Source: Candidatus Kaiserbacteria bacterium
GTDB lineage: Bacteria > Patescibacteriota > Minisyncoccia > Phycocordibacterales > UBA2100
Reading direction: 5' to 3'
Length of the DNA: 64,000 nt
Assembly (NCBI GenBank): GCA_028286865.1
Contig: JAQBQU010000010.1
Span: 6,143-70,142, forward strand
Under the pieces are notes generated by a model. The model did no database searches, was not told the origin of the DNA, and was given only the letters and a program-made list of their open reading frames with translations. Position numbers and translations under genes: made by a program. Positions 26,503 through 35,063 of the stretch are shown here, piece after piece (within the stretch, counting starts at the first letter, position 1; each line of letters opens with the position of its first letter).

Positions 26503-27726
26503 ATGAATATCAACGACACGATCCAAGAAACATACGTGGCACTTTCAGCCAATAAAGTGCGCTCGAGCCTTACCATCCTCGGTATTGTTATCGGCATATC
26601 GAGCGTCATCGCCCTTGTATCCATCGGCCAAGGTGCGACCAAGTCTATCCAGACAAGTATTCAATCGATCGGATCGAATCTGCTCGTCATTACGCCGGGC
26701 GCGCAGCGCTCACCCGGCGGGTTCGGTGTCTCATCCGGCCGAGGTAATGCTAAGACCCTGACCGCCGACGACGCGACGGCGATCGCTTCCGTTGCCAATG
26801 TGAGTGCGGTGGCGAGCGAAGTCGCCGGCCGCTACCAAGTGACCGCGCAAGGGACGAACACGAATACGACCGTCACCGGTGTATCTGAAAATTATCCGGC
26901 GGTACGCAATGTCCAGATCGCCGACGGGCGCTTCGTGAACGACTCCGACAGCAATTCGCTGACGAAGGTCGCCGTACTCGGCCCGACCACGGTAAGCGAC
27001 CTGATACCCGATGGCACCGAACCCGTCGGACAGACGGTGCGTATCAACGGCATTCAGTTCAAGATCGTCGGTGTTACGGTGGCCAAAGGCGGCTCGGGAT
27101 TTACCAACGCGGATGATGCGATCTATATTCCGCTCAAAGCCGCACAGCGATTCCTCTCGGGAAATAATTACGTGACCACGATAGACGTGCAGGCCGCAAG
27201 CGCGGATGCGACGACGCAGGTATTAAATGACGCAACACAGCTCTTGCTCGATCGGCATCACATAACTGATCCGACCGCGGCCGATTTCAGTATCCTCAAC
27301 CAGGCGGATATTCTTGCGAGCGCCTCCACCATCACGACCACACTCACCTACCTCTTGGGAGCTATCGCGGGCATTTCACTTTTGGTAGGCGGCATCGGGA
27401 TCATGAACATGATGCTCACGACGGTGACGGAGCGCACGCGCGAGATCGGATTGCGTAAAGCCATCGGGGCCAGGAGATCGGATATCAGCAGACAATTCCT
27501 GATCGAAGCGATCGCGCTTACCGTGATCGGCGGCATTATCGGCATTGCCCTCGGCGGTGCCATATCGCTCGGAGTCAACGCGACCGGATTACTCACGACG
27601 AGCATATCCCTTTCCTCGATAGCCATGGCATTTGGAGTCTCTGCCGGTATCGGTATCGTATTCGGATGGTATCCCGCACGGCGTGCCGCTTCAATGAACC
27701 CTATAGAAGCACTTCGGTACGAATAG
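26503..27726 (+). CDS. ABC transporter permease (FtsX/MacB type)
   Basis: 407 aa. It has TM1, a large extracytoplasmic domain and a C-terminal FtsX module (GGIGIMNMMLTTVTERTREIGLRKAIGA). Confidence 0.85.
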   Translation: MNINDTIQETYVALSANKVRSSLTILGIVIGISSVIALVSIGQGATKSIQTSIQSIGSNLLVITPGAQRSPGGFGVSSGRGNAKTLTADDATAIASVANVSAVASEVAGRYQVTAQGTNTNTTVTGVSENYPAVRNVQIADGRFVNDSDSNSLTKVAVLGPTTVSDLIPDGTEPVGQTVRINGIQFKIVGVTVAKGGSGFTNADDAIYIPLKAAQRFLSGNNYVTTIDVQAASADATTQVLNDATQLLLDRHHITDPTAADFSILNQADILASASTITTTLTYLLGAIAGISLLVGGIGIMNMMLTTVTERTREIGLRKAIGARRSDISRQFLIEAIALTVIGGIIGIALGGAISLGVNATGLLTTSISLSSIAMAFGVSAGIGIVFGWYPARRAASMNPIEALRYE

Positions 27727-27755
27727 GGTGGGGTCTTATAAATTCAAGTGTACGT

Positions 27756-28220
27756 ATGAAAAATAATATCGTGGTCAGCAGCGTAGTCATTGCGGTAGTG
27801 TTCGCAGGCATCGGTTTCTTTAGTGGAACGAAATACCAGGCGGGCCAGACGCCTGCCCGTGGCATGTTTGCGGCAGGTGCGGGAGCGGGTGGCACGACGT
27901 TCGCGGGTGGAGCTGGAACACGCGCCGGTCGCGGCGGTGTAACAGGAGGCGCGGGAGCTGTCTTCGGAACGATCATCTCCAAGGATGCCAATGGCATTAC
28001 TGTGCAGCTCGGCGGACCAAATGCGACTTCGACCAACGGAACTGCCACCGGTTCCAAGATAATTCTGGTGAATGATTCGACTCAGATATCAAAGATGGCA
28101 GCGGGCTCTCTTTCTGACCTCACCATCGGCGAAGGCGTCACCGCAAGCGGAACGACCAACAGCGATGGGTCGGTCACCGCAACGATGATCCAGATCCGTC
28201 CCGTCGGCACCGCCCGATAA
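27756..28220 (+). CDS. Membrane-anchored Gly-rich protein with a DUF5666-like beta domain
   Basis: ORF 27666-28220. The ATG at 27756 gives MKNNIVVSSVVIAVVFAGIGFF (TM helix), then a G/A-rich linker, then GTIISKDANGITVQL...VTATMIQIRP. Confidence 0.55.
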   Translation: MKNNIVVSSVVIAVVFAGIGFFSGTKYQAGQTPARGMFAAGAGAGGTTFAGGAGTRAGRGGVTGGAGAVFGTIISKDANGITVQLGGPNATSTNGTATGSKIILVNDSTQISKMAAGSLSDLTIGEGVTASGTTNSDGSVTATMIQIRPVGTAR

Positions 28221-28238
28221 GGCCGGACATGAGTAAGA

Positions 28239-28264
28239 ACGACCCGGTCCGCCGGGTCGTTTTG
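28239..28264. terminator. Bidirectional terminator
   Basis: ACGACCCGG-TCCG-CCGGGTCGT followed by TTTG. It abuts the PAP2 stop codon. Confidence 0.7.
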
Positions 28265-28915
28265 TTATGAGTGCGAGTGATATTCCCGCGCAACAATATT
28301 TCCGATCAGAGTACCAAATATTGCGCCGGCGGCCACGTCGGACAACCAGTGAAATCCGACCGCTACGCCTACTGCAACGATGCCCATATACAATACCGAG
28401 AGCACTCGTACAGGAGTGTTTTTAAACAGGCGAAATATCGTTACGCCACCCGCAACGGCCACGGCAGTGTGCGAGGATGGCCACCCCCAGAATATTCCGT
28501 TTCGAAGGAATCCGAAATCGAAACGATGGCTTATGTCCGTTGTGCCGATGGATGTAATGAATTCAGGCGGGAGCCTCCCGGTGAATATTTTATACATGAT
28601 CGCAAGGACCGAAGCCAGAATGACAGCAGATGCCACCGCCATGGCCTTGTGCCTCAACGGCCCGTTTCTATTGATCGCTCCGGCAATATACATCCCGAGC
28701 GGAACTACGACCGGCAAAAGGAATCCGCCGATACCCGCTGCCCACACGATCGGATGAAAGATGGTACTTCGCGTGGCTTCGTAGAATGTCCAATCAAGAC
28801 CGGTCGTAACAATCACAAAAGTAATAAGTATTGCGACTGTGTGCCACCACAAGCTGCGGCCCGTGATAGTTGACCAAGCGCTACCAGAGAAATTTCTGAG
28901 TATTTGTCTAAACAT
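28265..28915 (-). CDS. PAP2-family phosphatase
   Basis: 216 aa and polytopic, with the motifs PSSHTAV and GFHWLSDVAAG. Confidence 0.75.
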   Translation of the reverse strand: MFRQILRNFSGSAWSTITGRSLWWHTVAILITFVIVTTGLDWTFYEATRSTIFHPIVWAAGIGGFLLPVVVPLGMYIAGAINRNGPLRHKAMAVASAVILASVLAIMYKIFTGRLPPEFITSIGTTDISHRFDFGFLRNGIFWGWPSSHTAVAVAGGVTIFRLFKNTPVRVLSVLYMGIVAVGVAVGFHWLSDVAAGAIFGTLIGNIVAREYHSHS

Positions 28916-28945
28916 TTTGGCAGTATAACGAATAATATTGGATAT

Positions 28946-28973
28946 TTGACTTATATATACCGAGTGTTATAAT
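28946..28973 (+). promoter_or_regulatory. Near-consensus sigma70 promoter
   Basis: TTGACT (28946-28951), 16 nt, TATAAT (28968-28973). It is followed by an AAGGAGG RBS 6 nt before the ATG at 29003. Confidence 0.6.
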
Positions 28974-29002
28974 AGATTCTGTTCAACCAAGGAGGTTTAC
29001 AG

Positions 29003-29254
29003 ATGCTTGTAACGGCCCGAATCCTCGATGCGCCGGTCGATGATCTCAATCTCACTGTTCGTCACCAAGTGGCGCTCAAGGAGAAAGGTCTTCGGACTAT
29101 CGGTGACATTGTCCAGTCTGATTTTCGGCTCATCGCTATTCGTCGCTACCGGGTTCACCGCCAGGAAGTCGACACCGCGATCGCCGAATATATCGGACGC
29201 AAGGCACTCGCCATCATCAACCCCGAACGCTACAAGGAGGTTCCCCATGCGTAA
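29003..29254 (+). CDS. Free-standing RNA polymerase alpha C-terminal-domain-like protein
   Basis: 83 aa. ILDAPVDDLNLTVRHQVALKEKGLRTIGDIVQ parallels E. coli alpha-CTD [31 protein letters not shown] (recalled from memory). Confidence 0.6.
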   Translation: MLVTARILDAPVDDLNLTVRHQVALKEKGLRTIGDIVQSDFRLIAIRRYRVHRQEVDTAIAEYIGRKALAIINPERYKEVPHA

Positions 29255-29504
29255 GTCCACAGTACGAAATGACGGTCGCGGTTTTTTCGAACACAGCGAC
29301 CGTAAACTCATCAAGCGTCGCTCTGCGCGTCGCCAGCGCAAGGCCAACAAGGACGTTCTCAAGAATACTGAGAACGTCCCTTTTAATTTCTCGGACGAAG
29401 CAGCGGGAACAGCTGCGCTTGATTCACCGGCTTGTTCTCAAGGAATGAAAAGAGGCGCTCGGACATACCGAAGCCGAATGCCGGCGGCATGCCGTATTCC
29501 ATAG
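29247..29504 (+). CDS. Questionable basic ORF translationally coupled to the alpha-CTD-like gene
   Basis: ATG at 29247 with an AGGAGG RBS 6 nt upstream and an ATGCGTAA overlap with the preceding stop. It gives MRKSTVRNDGRGFFEHSDRKLIKRRSARRQRKANKDVLK... The frame runs through the terminator hairpin and 122 nt antisense into lysS, so the true 3' end is unclear. Confidence 0.25.
   Translation: MRKSTVRNDGRGFFEHSDRKLIKRRSARRQRKANKDVLKNTENVPFNFSDEAAGTAALDSPACSQGMKRGARTYRSRMPAACRIP
29351..29379. terminator. Bidirectional terminator
   Basis: GGACGTTCTCA-AGAATAC-TGAGAACGTCC followed by CTTTTAATTT. It lies directly downstream of the lysS stop at 29383. Confidence 0.65.
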
Positions 29505-30834
29505 CTTGTACATAGTCCTCATCGAGGCGCTGCGCCTCACTGTCTCCCGCATCGCGCATTTTCTGCTGGTCTTCGAAGCGCGCGCGCTGGTCCTGCGGAT
29601 CATTGAGCTCCGAGAATCCCTTGCCCATTTCAGAGCCGGCGAGGATGACCTGGAATCGCTCAACGACGTTCTCATTCGATGGACTGCGCTTCGCGAGCGG
29701 CTCCATGTATACCGGCACTCCCGTGAGAAATGCAGGGCCTGATATGGTCTTGCGAATGCTTTTCCACAGAAGATCGATAGCGCGCACTTTGTTGAGCTCT
29801 TCAGATACTACGATCTCCGCATTGCGAACCGCTTGTATCGCCTCCGCTTCAGTGCACGTGAGCGGGTCTATGCCGAATTTCTCGCTGATGATGGAACACA
29901 GATCTATCTCTTTCCATTCTTCCGCAAGATCTACGGTGTGGTCTCCTATTTCGAAGGTGTATTTACCGTACACCTCTTTGGCTATCGTGCGATAGAGATC
30001 CTGCACGAACACCATTCCTTTGCGCATGTCGCTGAAGGCTTCGTATGACTCCCACTGCGTATAGTCCTGCAAATGCTCGCGTGACTGACCTTCATTGCGG
30101 AAGATGCGCCCGATCTCGAATACCTTGGGAAATCCCGCGACGAGAAGGCGCTTGAGCCAGAGCTCGAGAGAGATGCGAAGCGATACGTCGATATCAAGCG
30201 CATTGTGGTGCGTTTCAAACGGGCGCGCCTCAGCACCTCCCGGAGTCGATTCCAAGACCGGTGTCTCCACCTCCATAAATCCGTGTGCGATATAAAAATT
30301 ACGAATTGTCTGCCAGAATTTCGAACGTCGCTCGAACATCTCTCGCACATCCGCGTTCATCAAGATATCCAGATAGCGCTCACGCAATATTTTTTCCTCG
30401 TCTTTGAGCCCGAACCATCCGTCGGGAATCGCGGTAAGCGATTTTGAGAGCATTTTCCAATTCTTAGCAAGGAGGGACTTCTCGCCGCGCTTAGTGATAT
30501 ATGCGCTTCCCGCGGTCTCAATAAAATCTCCGATATCGGTCGCTTCCGAAAAAAGTGCGAAAATCGATTCATCCATTTCATCTTTCTGAAACACCACCTG
30601 CACTTTCGCGGTGCCGTCGTAAAGCGAGACGAACATGATGCCGCCTTGTCCGCGGATCGACATGATCCTGCCGGCGATCGTGAGTGTCGTTTCCGGCGTG
30701 AGGGAATCGAAATTGCCGACGAGATCGGAAATATTAGTATCTTTGCCGGAGTTGACCGGATATCCTTCCATTCCCGCAGCACGGACACGCTCGAGTTTTT
30801 TCAAGCGCTCAGCGCGAAGTTCGTCGATGCTCAT
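29383..30834 (-). CDS. lysS: Lysine--tRNA ligase (class II)
   Basis: 483 aa with an N-terminal OB fold and class II motifs (FRNEGQS, PPAFGFGMSERL). Confidence 0.95.
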   Translation of the reverse strand: MSIDELRAERLKKLERVRAAGMEGYPVNSGKDTNISDLVGNFDSLTPETTLTIAGRIMSIRGQGGIMFVSLYDGTAKVQVVFQKDEMDESIFALFSEATDIGDFIETAGSAYITKRGEKSLLAKNWKMLSKSLTAIPDGWFGLKDEEKILRERYLDILMNADVREMFERRSKFWQTIRNFYIAHGFMEVETPVLESTPGGAEARPFETHHNALDIDVSLRISLELWLKRLLVAGFPKVFEIGRIFRNEGQSREHLQDYTQWESYEAFSDMRKGMVFVQDLYRTIAKEVYGKYTFEIGDHTVDLAEEWKEIDLCSIISEKFGIDPLTCTEAEAIQAVRNAEIVVSEELNKVRAIDLLWKSIRKTISGPAFLTGVPVYMEPLAKRSPSNENVVERFQVILAGSEMGKGFSELNDPQDQRARFEDQQKMRDAGDSEAQRLDEDYVQAMEYGMPPAFGFGMSERLFSFLENKPVNQAQLFPLLRPRN

Positions 30835-30877
30835 GGGTGCTTATGATACCAGATGAAGAGCGGGACGCTATGCCGAA

Positions 30878-31990
30878 TTAGTGATGGTGGCCGCTGTGCC
30901 GGCTATGGGAGACCTTGCCCACCAGCATCCGTACGGATATGAACGTGGTGATGGGTACCGCAAGTACCAAGCCGATCGATCCGATAAGAATGCGCACGAT
31001 CTCGGTGGCAAAGATCTCCCTATTGATCGCCGTGGACCATGTGTCCGTACCATACCCGAAGAACAACAGCAGAAGCGGCAAGGCCGCGCCCACGTACGCG
31101 ATCGCGAGCGTATTGACCAAAGCCCCGATATGTTCGCGGCCGATACGAAGTGCCCGCTTATAAATATGCGCTCGACTGAGCTCGGGAGCCGCGACCGTGA
31201 GTTCCTCCACGGCTACCGCCTGTCCGATCGCCGCATCGTAGAGGACTCCCAGTACGCCGATGAGCATACCTCCCAGGAGAAGTCCCGCGAGATCAATCGA
31301 CCCGTGCGCATTCAGGTTCAGGTATACGGCTTCTTCATTGGCGATACCTGTTAATCGCGTGAACGGGATCGCGGCGTATGCGAGAAGACCGGTGATGACG
31401 ATGGTTAAGACCATGCCGAACACTGCGGTCGAGGTGGTCCTGTTGAATCCGTGGGTTATGTACGACCCCAGACAGATAATGAGAGACGAAACACCCATCG
31501 CGACGAGTACCGGCGGATATCCGTGAAGAATGCCCGGCAAGAGAAGGAATACAATGAAGAAGAGACTGCCGCCCAATGCAAGCAGTCCGCGCGCACCCTG
31601 CTTTCCGCCGAAGAAAAGAACAAGCGCGATAAAAAGGGCGCCGAGTATCGCGAGCGAGCCGAGCCGGTACGGTTCGTATACATAATAGTAATCGGTGCCG
31701 TCCAGCGCATTGACGTCGTGCCTCAGGTAGAACACTTCTCCCTGTTTCAACACGAGATAATCATTGGCGATGGTGACGGTCGTCCCCTGCTCTGCGCCGT
31801 CGAGTATTTGAATCTTGATCGTCTGGGTCGTAGCCGAGACATTAAGGCCGGGGACCTGCTTTGTCTCCTGCGAAACTACCTCAACGACCTTCGCTCTCAT
31901 CGTCGTGATCGTGTCGGATACGAGTTCCTGCGCATGCGCGAACGGCGCAACGAACAGAAGTGCCACTATCGGCAGCAGGAATATCCTCAT
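30878..31990 (-). CDS. YibE/F-family membrane protein with a His-rich tail
   Basis: 370 aa with a signal/TM segment, an extracytoplasmic domain and a polytopic YibE/F-like core (GGKQGARGLLALGGSLFFIVFLLLPGILHGYPP...HGFNRTT). The C-terminus is HSRHSGHHH. Confidence 0.7.
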   Translation of the reverse strand: MRIFLLPIVALLFVAPFAHAQELVSDTITTMRAKVVEVVSQETKQVPGLNVSATTQTIKIQILDGAEQGTTVTIANDYLVLKQGEVFYLRHDVNALDGTDYYYVYEPYRLGSLAILGALFIALVLFFGGKQGARGLLALGGSLFFIVFLLLPGILHGYPPVLVAMGVSSLIICLGSYITHGFNRTTSTAVFGMVLTIVITGLLAYAAIPFTRLTGIANEEAVYLNLNAHGSIDLAGLLLGGMLIGVLGVLYDAAIGQAVAVEELTVAAPELSRAHIYKRALRIGREHIGALVNTLAIAYVGAALPLLLLFFGYGTDTWSTAINREIFATEIVRILIGSIGLVLAVPITTFISVRMLVGKVSHSRHSGHHH

Positions 31991-32039
31991 AAATATATGG
32001 TACCTCCGATCCGCCGTTTCATAAACCCCGGAACTTCGG

Positions 32040-32840
32040 TCAGGGTCGATCCTTTCCAGCCATGATAAGAAGGAAGACTATCAGCATAATGAGCACGATA
32101 GTGCCCCCCGTAGCAAGGTTCAGATAGAACGACGCAAAAATACCGGTCACAACGGAGAATACGGATATCACCTCTGCATAGACGAGAGTTTGCAAAAAAC
32201 TTTTTCGAAGCTGCAATGCGGCGACAACGGGGATGACAATGAGAGCCGCGATCAAGAGTATGCCCACGACGGGAATTGAGAGTGCTACCGTCAACGCGGC
32301 CAGAACAATAAGAACTCTGTTTATGCGATCGACAGCGATCCCGGAGACCCGCGCGGATTCTTCATCGAAGCTGATATATACGAGCTCTTTGTAGAGCGCG
32401 AAGAGAACGCAGGCAACGACAACTGCAAGCACGGCGATGGTATACACGTCAGTCTGTGTCACGGTGACGATGCTGCCAAAAAGATAATTCAGCAGATTGG
32501 CGTTAAAGCCTTTACCGAGACTCAGGAGAACCGTGGCAAGGGCGAGAGCACCGGAAAGAAAAAGTGCAAGAGCCGATTCACCATAAACGCGCTTCGATGT
32601 TCGTAATTTTTCGATCCCGAGCGAAGAAACGACAGTTACGCCTATTGCACTCCACATGGGATTGACTCCGAACAGAAATCCCAATGCTACTCCCGCCAAA
32701 GACACATGAGAAAGTGTGTCCGCGATAAGAGAATAGCGACGCAAGACCAAAAAGATGCCAATGAGTGGCGCAATGAATGCGACGATCACTCCGGCCTCGA
32801 TTCCGCGAACGAAAAAACTGTAGTGCAAAATATCAAACAT
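32040..32840 (-). CDS. Metal (Zn/Mn) ABC transporter permease, ABC-3 family
   Basis: 266 aa and polytopic. LRRYSLIADTLSHVSLAGVALG is typical of ZnuB/MntB-type permeases. Confidence 0.85.
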   Translation of the reverse strand: MFDILHYSFFVRGIEAGVIVAFIAPLIGIFLVLRRYSLIADTLSHVSLAGVALGFLFGVNPMWSAIGVTVVSSLGIEKLRTSKRVYGESALALFLSGALALATVLLSLGKGFNANLLNYLFGSIVTVTQTDVYTIAVLAVVVACVLFALYKELVYISFDEESARVSGIAVDRINRVLIVLAALTVALSIPVVGILLIAALIVIPVVAALQLRKSFLQTLVYAEVISVFSVVTGIFASFYLNLATGGTIVLIMLIVFLLIMAGKDRP

Positions 32841-32843
32841 ACA

Positions 32844-33581
32844 TCATGGATGAGGATGAACTACTGCGTGTGAATCCTTGAAATAGGCGTCGATCGAATC
32901 ATGGAAGAAGATCGTGTGGTCTATGCATGCGATGTGCATGGCTTCGTGCGCCATACTTTCGATGTCGTGAGTTATGAGCACGACCGTGAGATGTAGGTCT
33001 TCATTCAGCTTGCGAAGTAGAGCATAGAACTCGTCCTTGATATGCGTTTCGACGCCAACGGTGGGTTCATCGAGAAATATCACCTCCGGCTTACCCGCGA
33101 GCGCACGCGCTATGAACACACGCTGTTGCTGACCCCCTGAAAGATCACCGATCTGGCGATCCTTGTATTCCCACATTTCTACCTGTTCAAGCGCTTTTCT
33201 TGCCTCAGTGCGGTCTTCTTCTGTCACGCGATGCATGAGACCTCGTCGCCCATAACGACCCATGAGGACGACCTCTCTGACCGTGGCGGGGAAATTCGGA
33301 TCGAAATTCGTTACCTTTTGCGGCACGTAACCGATCTTCGACCAGTCTTTGAACTCCCTTATGTCCTGTCCGAAAAGTAGGACCTTCCCTTTTTGCGGCG
33401 ACAAAAGCCCGAGTATGATCTTCAGAAGCGACGTCTTCCCCGCGCCATTCCCGCCAACAATACCGAGATAATCACCCCGGTGAATGGAAAGCGTGATGTC
33501 TTTCAAGACCTGTGTCGCGCCATAAGAGAACGAAATGTCGCTCACTTCTATAATATTTTCACCGTGATCCGAATTGCTCAT
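32844..33581 (-). CDS. Metal ABC transporter ATP-binding protein
   Basis: Walker A GGNGAGKTS, signature LSGGQQQRVFIARAL, Walker B VIFLDEPT. Confidence 0.9.
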   Translation of the reverse strand: MSNSDHGENIIEVSDISFSYGATQVLKDITLSIHRGDYLGIVGGNGAGKTSLLKIILGLLSPQKGKVLLFGQDIREFKDWSKIGYVPQKVTNFDPNFPATVREVVLMGRYGRRGLMHRVTEEDRTEARKALEQVEMWEYKDRQIGDLSGGQQQRVFIARALAGKPEVIFLDEPTVGVETHIKDEFYALLRKLNEDLHLTVVLITHDIESMAHEAMHIACIDHTIFFHDSIDAYFKDSHAVVHPHP

Positions 33582-34499
33582 TTATATGCATTCTAGCGCC
33601 TTTCTGAGGTTTGCAAGATTGTTTCGCATTACCGTCATGTAGTCCTTCCCGGCAGCGAGATCATCGGCGCTCAGTCCCTCGAGAGGATCAAGTACCATTG
33701 TTTCCGCGCCGACCTCAGATGCGATTGTCTGCGAGAGCTTAGGGGATACGAGACTCTCGAAGAAAATAATTTTTACATTATTTTTTCGCGCAAAATCAGC
33801 AATATCCGCCAGTTCTTTTGTGGAAGGCTCTGCATCGGGAGACAGCCCTGTGATCGCGACCTGGGTCAGATGGTAGGTCGTTGCGAGATAACCAAAGGCA
33901 GCATGTGAAGTGATGATGTCTTTCTTGGCACAGCTTGCCAGACCCGTCTTGAATTCAGAATCGAGTTGGTCCAACTGCGATTTAAGAGCTTCTGCATTCG
34001 CAGCATAATAGGAGGTATTTGACGGATCTATCTGCACGAATCCACGTTCGATCTTATCCACCATCTTCTTAGCAAGAGTCGGCGATTGCCATACGTGCGG
34101 ATCTGTTACGCTCTGTCCGCCCTCTACAACCTGCTGTGTCTCAAGACCTTCTCCGGCTGTCACGATAAGAGTCTTGTTAGGATCAAGATTTTTTTGCATG
34201 TTAACTCCCCACGGCTCAACTCCGCCGTTGAGCACAAGCATTCTGCTGTTCTCTATGGTCGCCATGTCTTGCGCCGTTGGCTCATAGTCATGCGGTTCGG
34301 CGTCGGCCGGCGTAATATTCACTACATCAGCTTTGTCGCCCCCGATCTGACTAGCAAAAAAGTATTCGGGATAAAAACCCGTTGCCACTTTGATCTTATG
34401 TGTATCCTGCCCCGGTGTCCGCTCATGAAAGATCGCAAATGAGATAACTCCGATGATGATGACTCCTATGAGTGCTGCGAACCATTTAGTAGTGTTCAT
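33582..34499 (-). CDS. Metal ABC transporter substrate-binding protein (ZnuA/TroA family)
   Basis: 305 aa with an N-terminal anchor. The pattern is cluster A-I SBP-like (EPHDYEP, DPHVWQSP). Confidence 0.85.
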   Translation of the reverse strand: MNTTKWFAALIGVIIIGVISFAIFHERTPGQDTHKIKVATGFYPEYFFASQIGGDKADVVNITPADAEPHDYEPTAQDMATIENSRMLVLNGGVEPWGVNMQKNLDPNKTLIVTAGEGLETQQVVEGGQSVTDPHVWQSPTLAKKMVDKIERGFVQIDPSNTSYYAANAEALKSQLDQLDSEFKTGLASCAKKDIITSHAAFGYLATTYHLTQVAITGLSPDAEPSTKELADIADFARKNNVKIIFFESLVSPKLSQTIASEVGAETMVLDPLEGLSADDLAAGKDYMTVMRNNLANLRKALECI

Positions 34500-34516
34500 A
34501 TGACTTATTATTTATA

Positions 34517-34954
34517 TTAAGCTGTTTTGACGCAGGTATTGCAGAGTCCAAAAAGCTCAAGCGAATGATTGGTAACTTTTGCGAAGCCGCTCGTCTGACT
34601 CAAGGCTTTATCGGCAAGCTTGTCATAATCGCATCCGGTAAAATCTTCCACTCGGTCGCATCCTGTACAGACAATGTGATGATGATCGTGCGCCGCGTCT
34701 TTCAACTCATAGTAGGCGCGACCGTGCTGGAAATCCACTTGCGCCACAAGTCCGACTGCCTTAAAGGCTTCGAGTATGCGATACACGGTGACCTGGTCGA
34801 CTTTCTCCCGGCCGATCCCCGTGATTATTTCCTTAATGCTCGCCGGATATTCGATTCCATGTAGAAAAGCGAGCACCAGCAGCCGAGGTTTCGTGGCGCG
34901 AAAACCCGCCTTTCTGATAATGCCGGCGAGTTCAACTCCTGCTGGCTTTTTCAT
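34517..34954 (-). CDS. Fur-family metalloregulator (Zur-like by context)
   Basis: 145 aa with a winged helix (TKPRLLVLAFL...VTVYRILEAF), HDHHHIVCTGCDRV and a C-terminal CNTC. Confidence 0.85.
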   Translation of the reverse strand: MKKPAGVELAGIIRKAGFRATKPRLLVLAFLHGIEYPASIKEIITGIGREKVDQVTVYRILEAFKAVGLVAQVDFQHGRAYYELKDAAHDHHHIVCTGCDRVEDFTGCDYDKLADKALSQTSGFAKVTNHSLELFGLCNTCVKTA

Positions 34955-34974
34955 ATGCAGTCATGGTATACCAC

Positions 34975-34991
34975 TTGCAACTGACTTGCAA
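34975..34991. promoter_or_regulatory. Operator-like box 1 (6-5-6 inverted repeat)
   Basis: TTGCAACTGACTTGCAA, 21 nt upstream of the regulator gene ATG. Confidence 0.45.
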
Positions 34992-35030
34992 GTACTTGAC
35001 GACAGCTATAGCGATACCATAGTATGACCA

Positions 35031-35047
35031 ATGCAAGTCAGTTGCAT
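35031..35047. promoter_or_regulatory. Operator-like box 2 (mirror copy of box 1)
   Basis: ATGCAAGTCAGTTGCAT. Its reverse complement matches box 1 at 15 of 17 positions. It lies 17 nt upstream of the ATG at 35064 and just after TTGACG-18-TAGTAT. Confidence 0.45.
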
Positions 35048-35063
35048 TTATAAATAGTCAAAT

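Noticed and set aside
34975-34980. Treating every TTGCAA as an operator half-site, since the same hexamer is the shared -35 at 18637-18642.
   Set aside because: TTGCAA is also a good -35 variant. Only the 35 kb pair shows an extended 13-nt shared core (GCAACTGACTTGC), so the two observations are kept separate.
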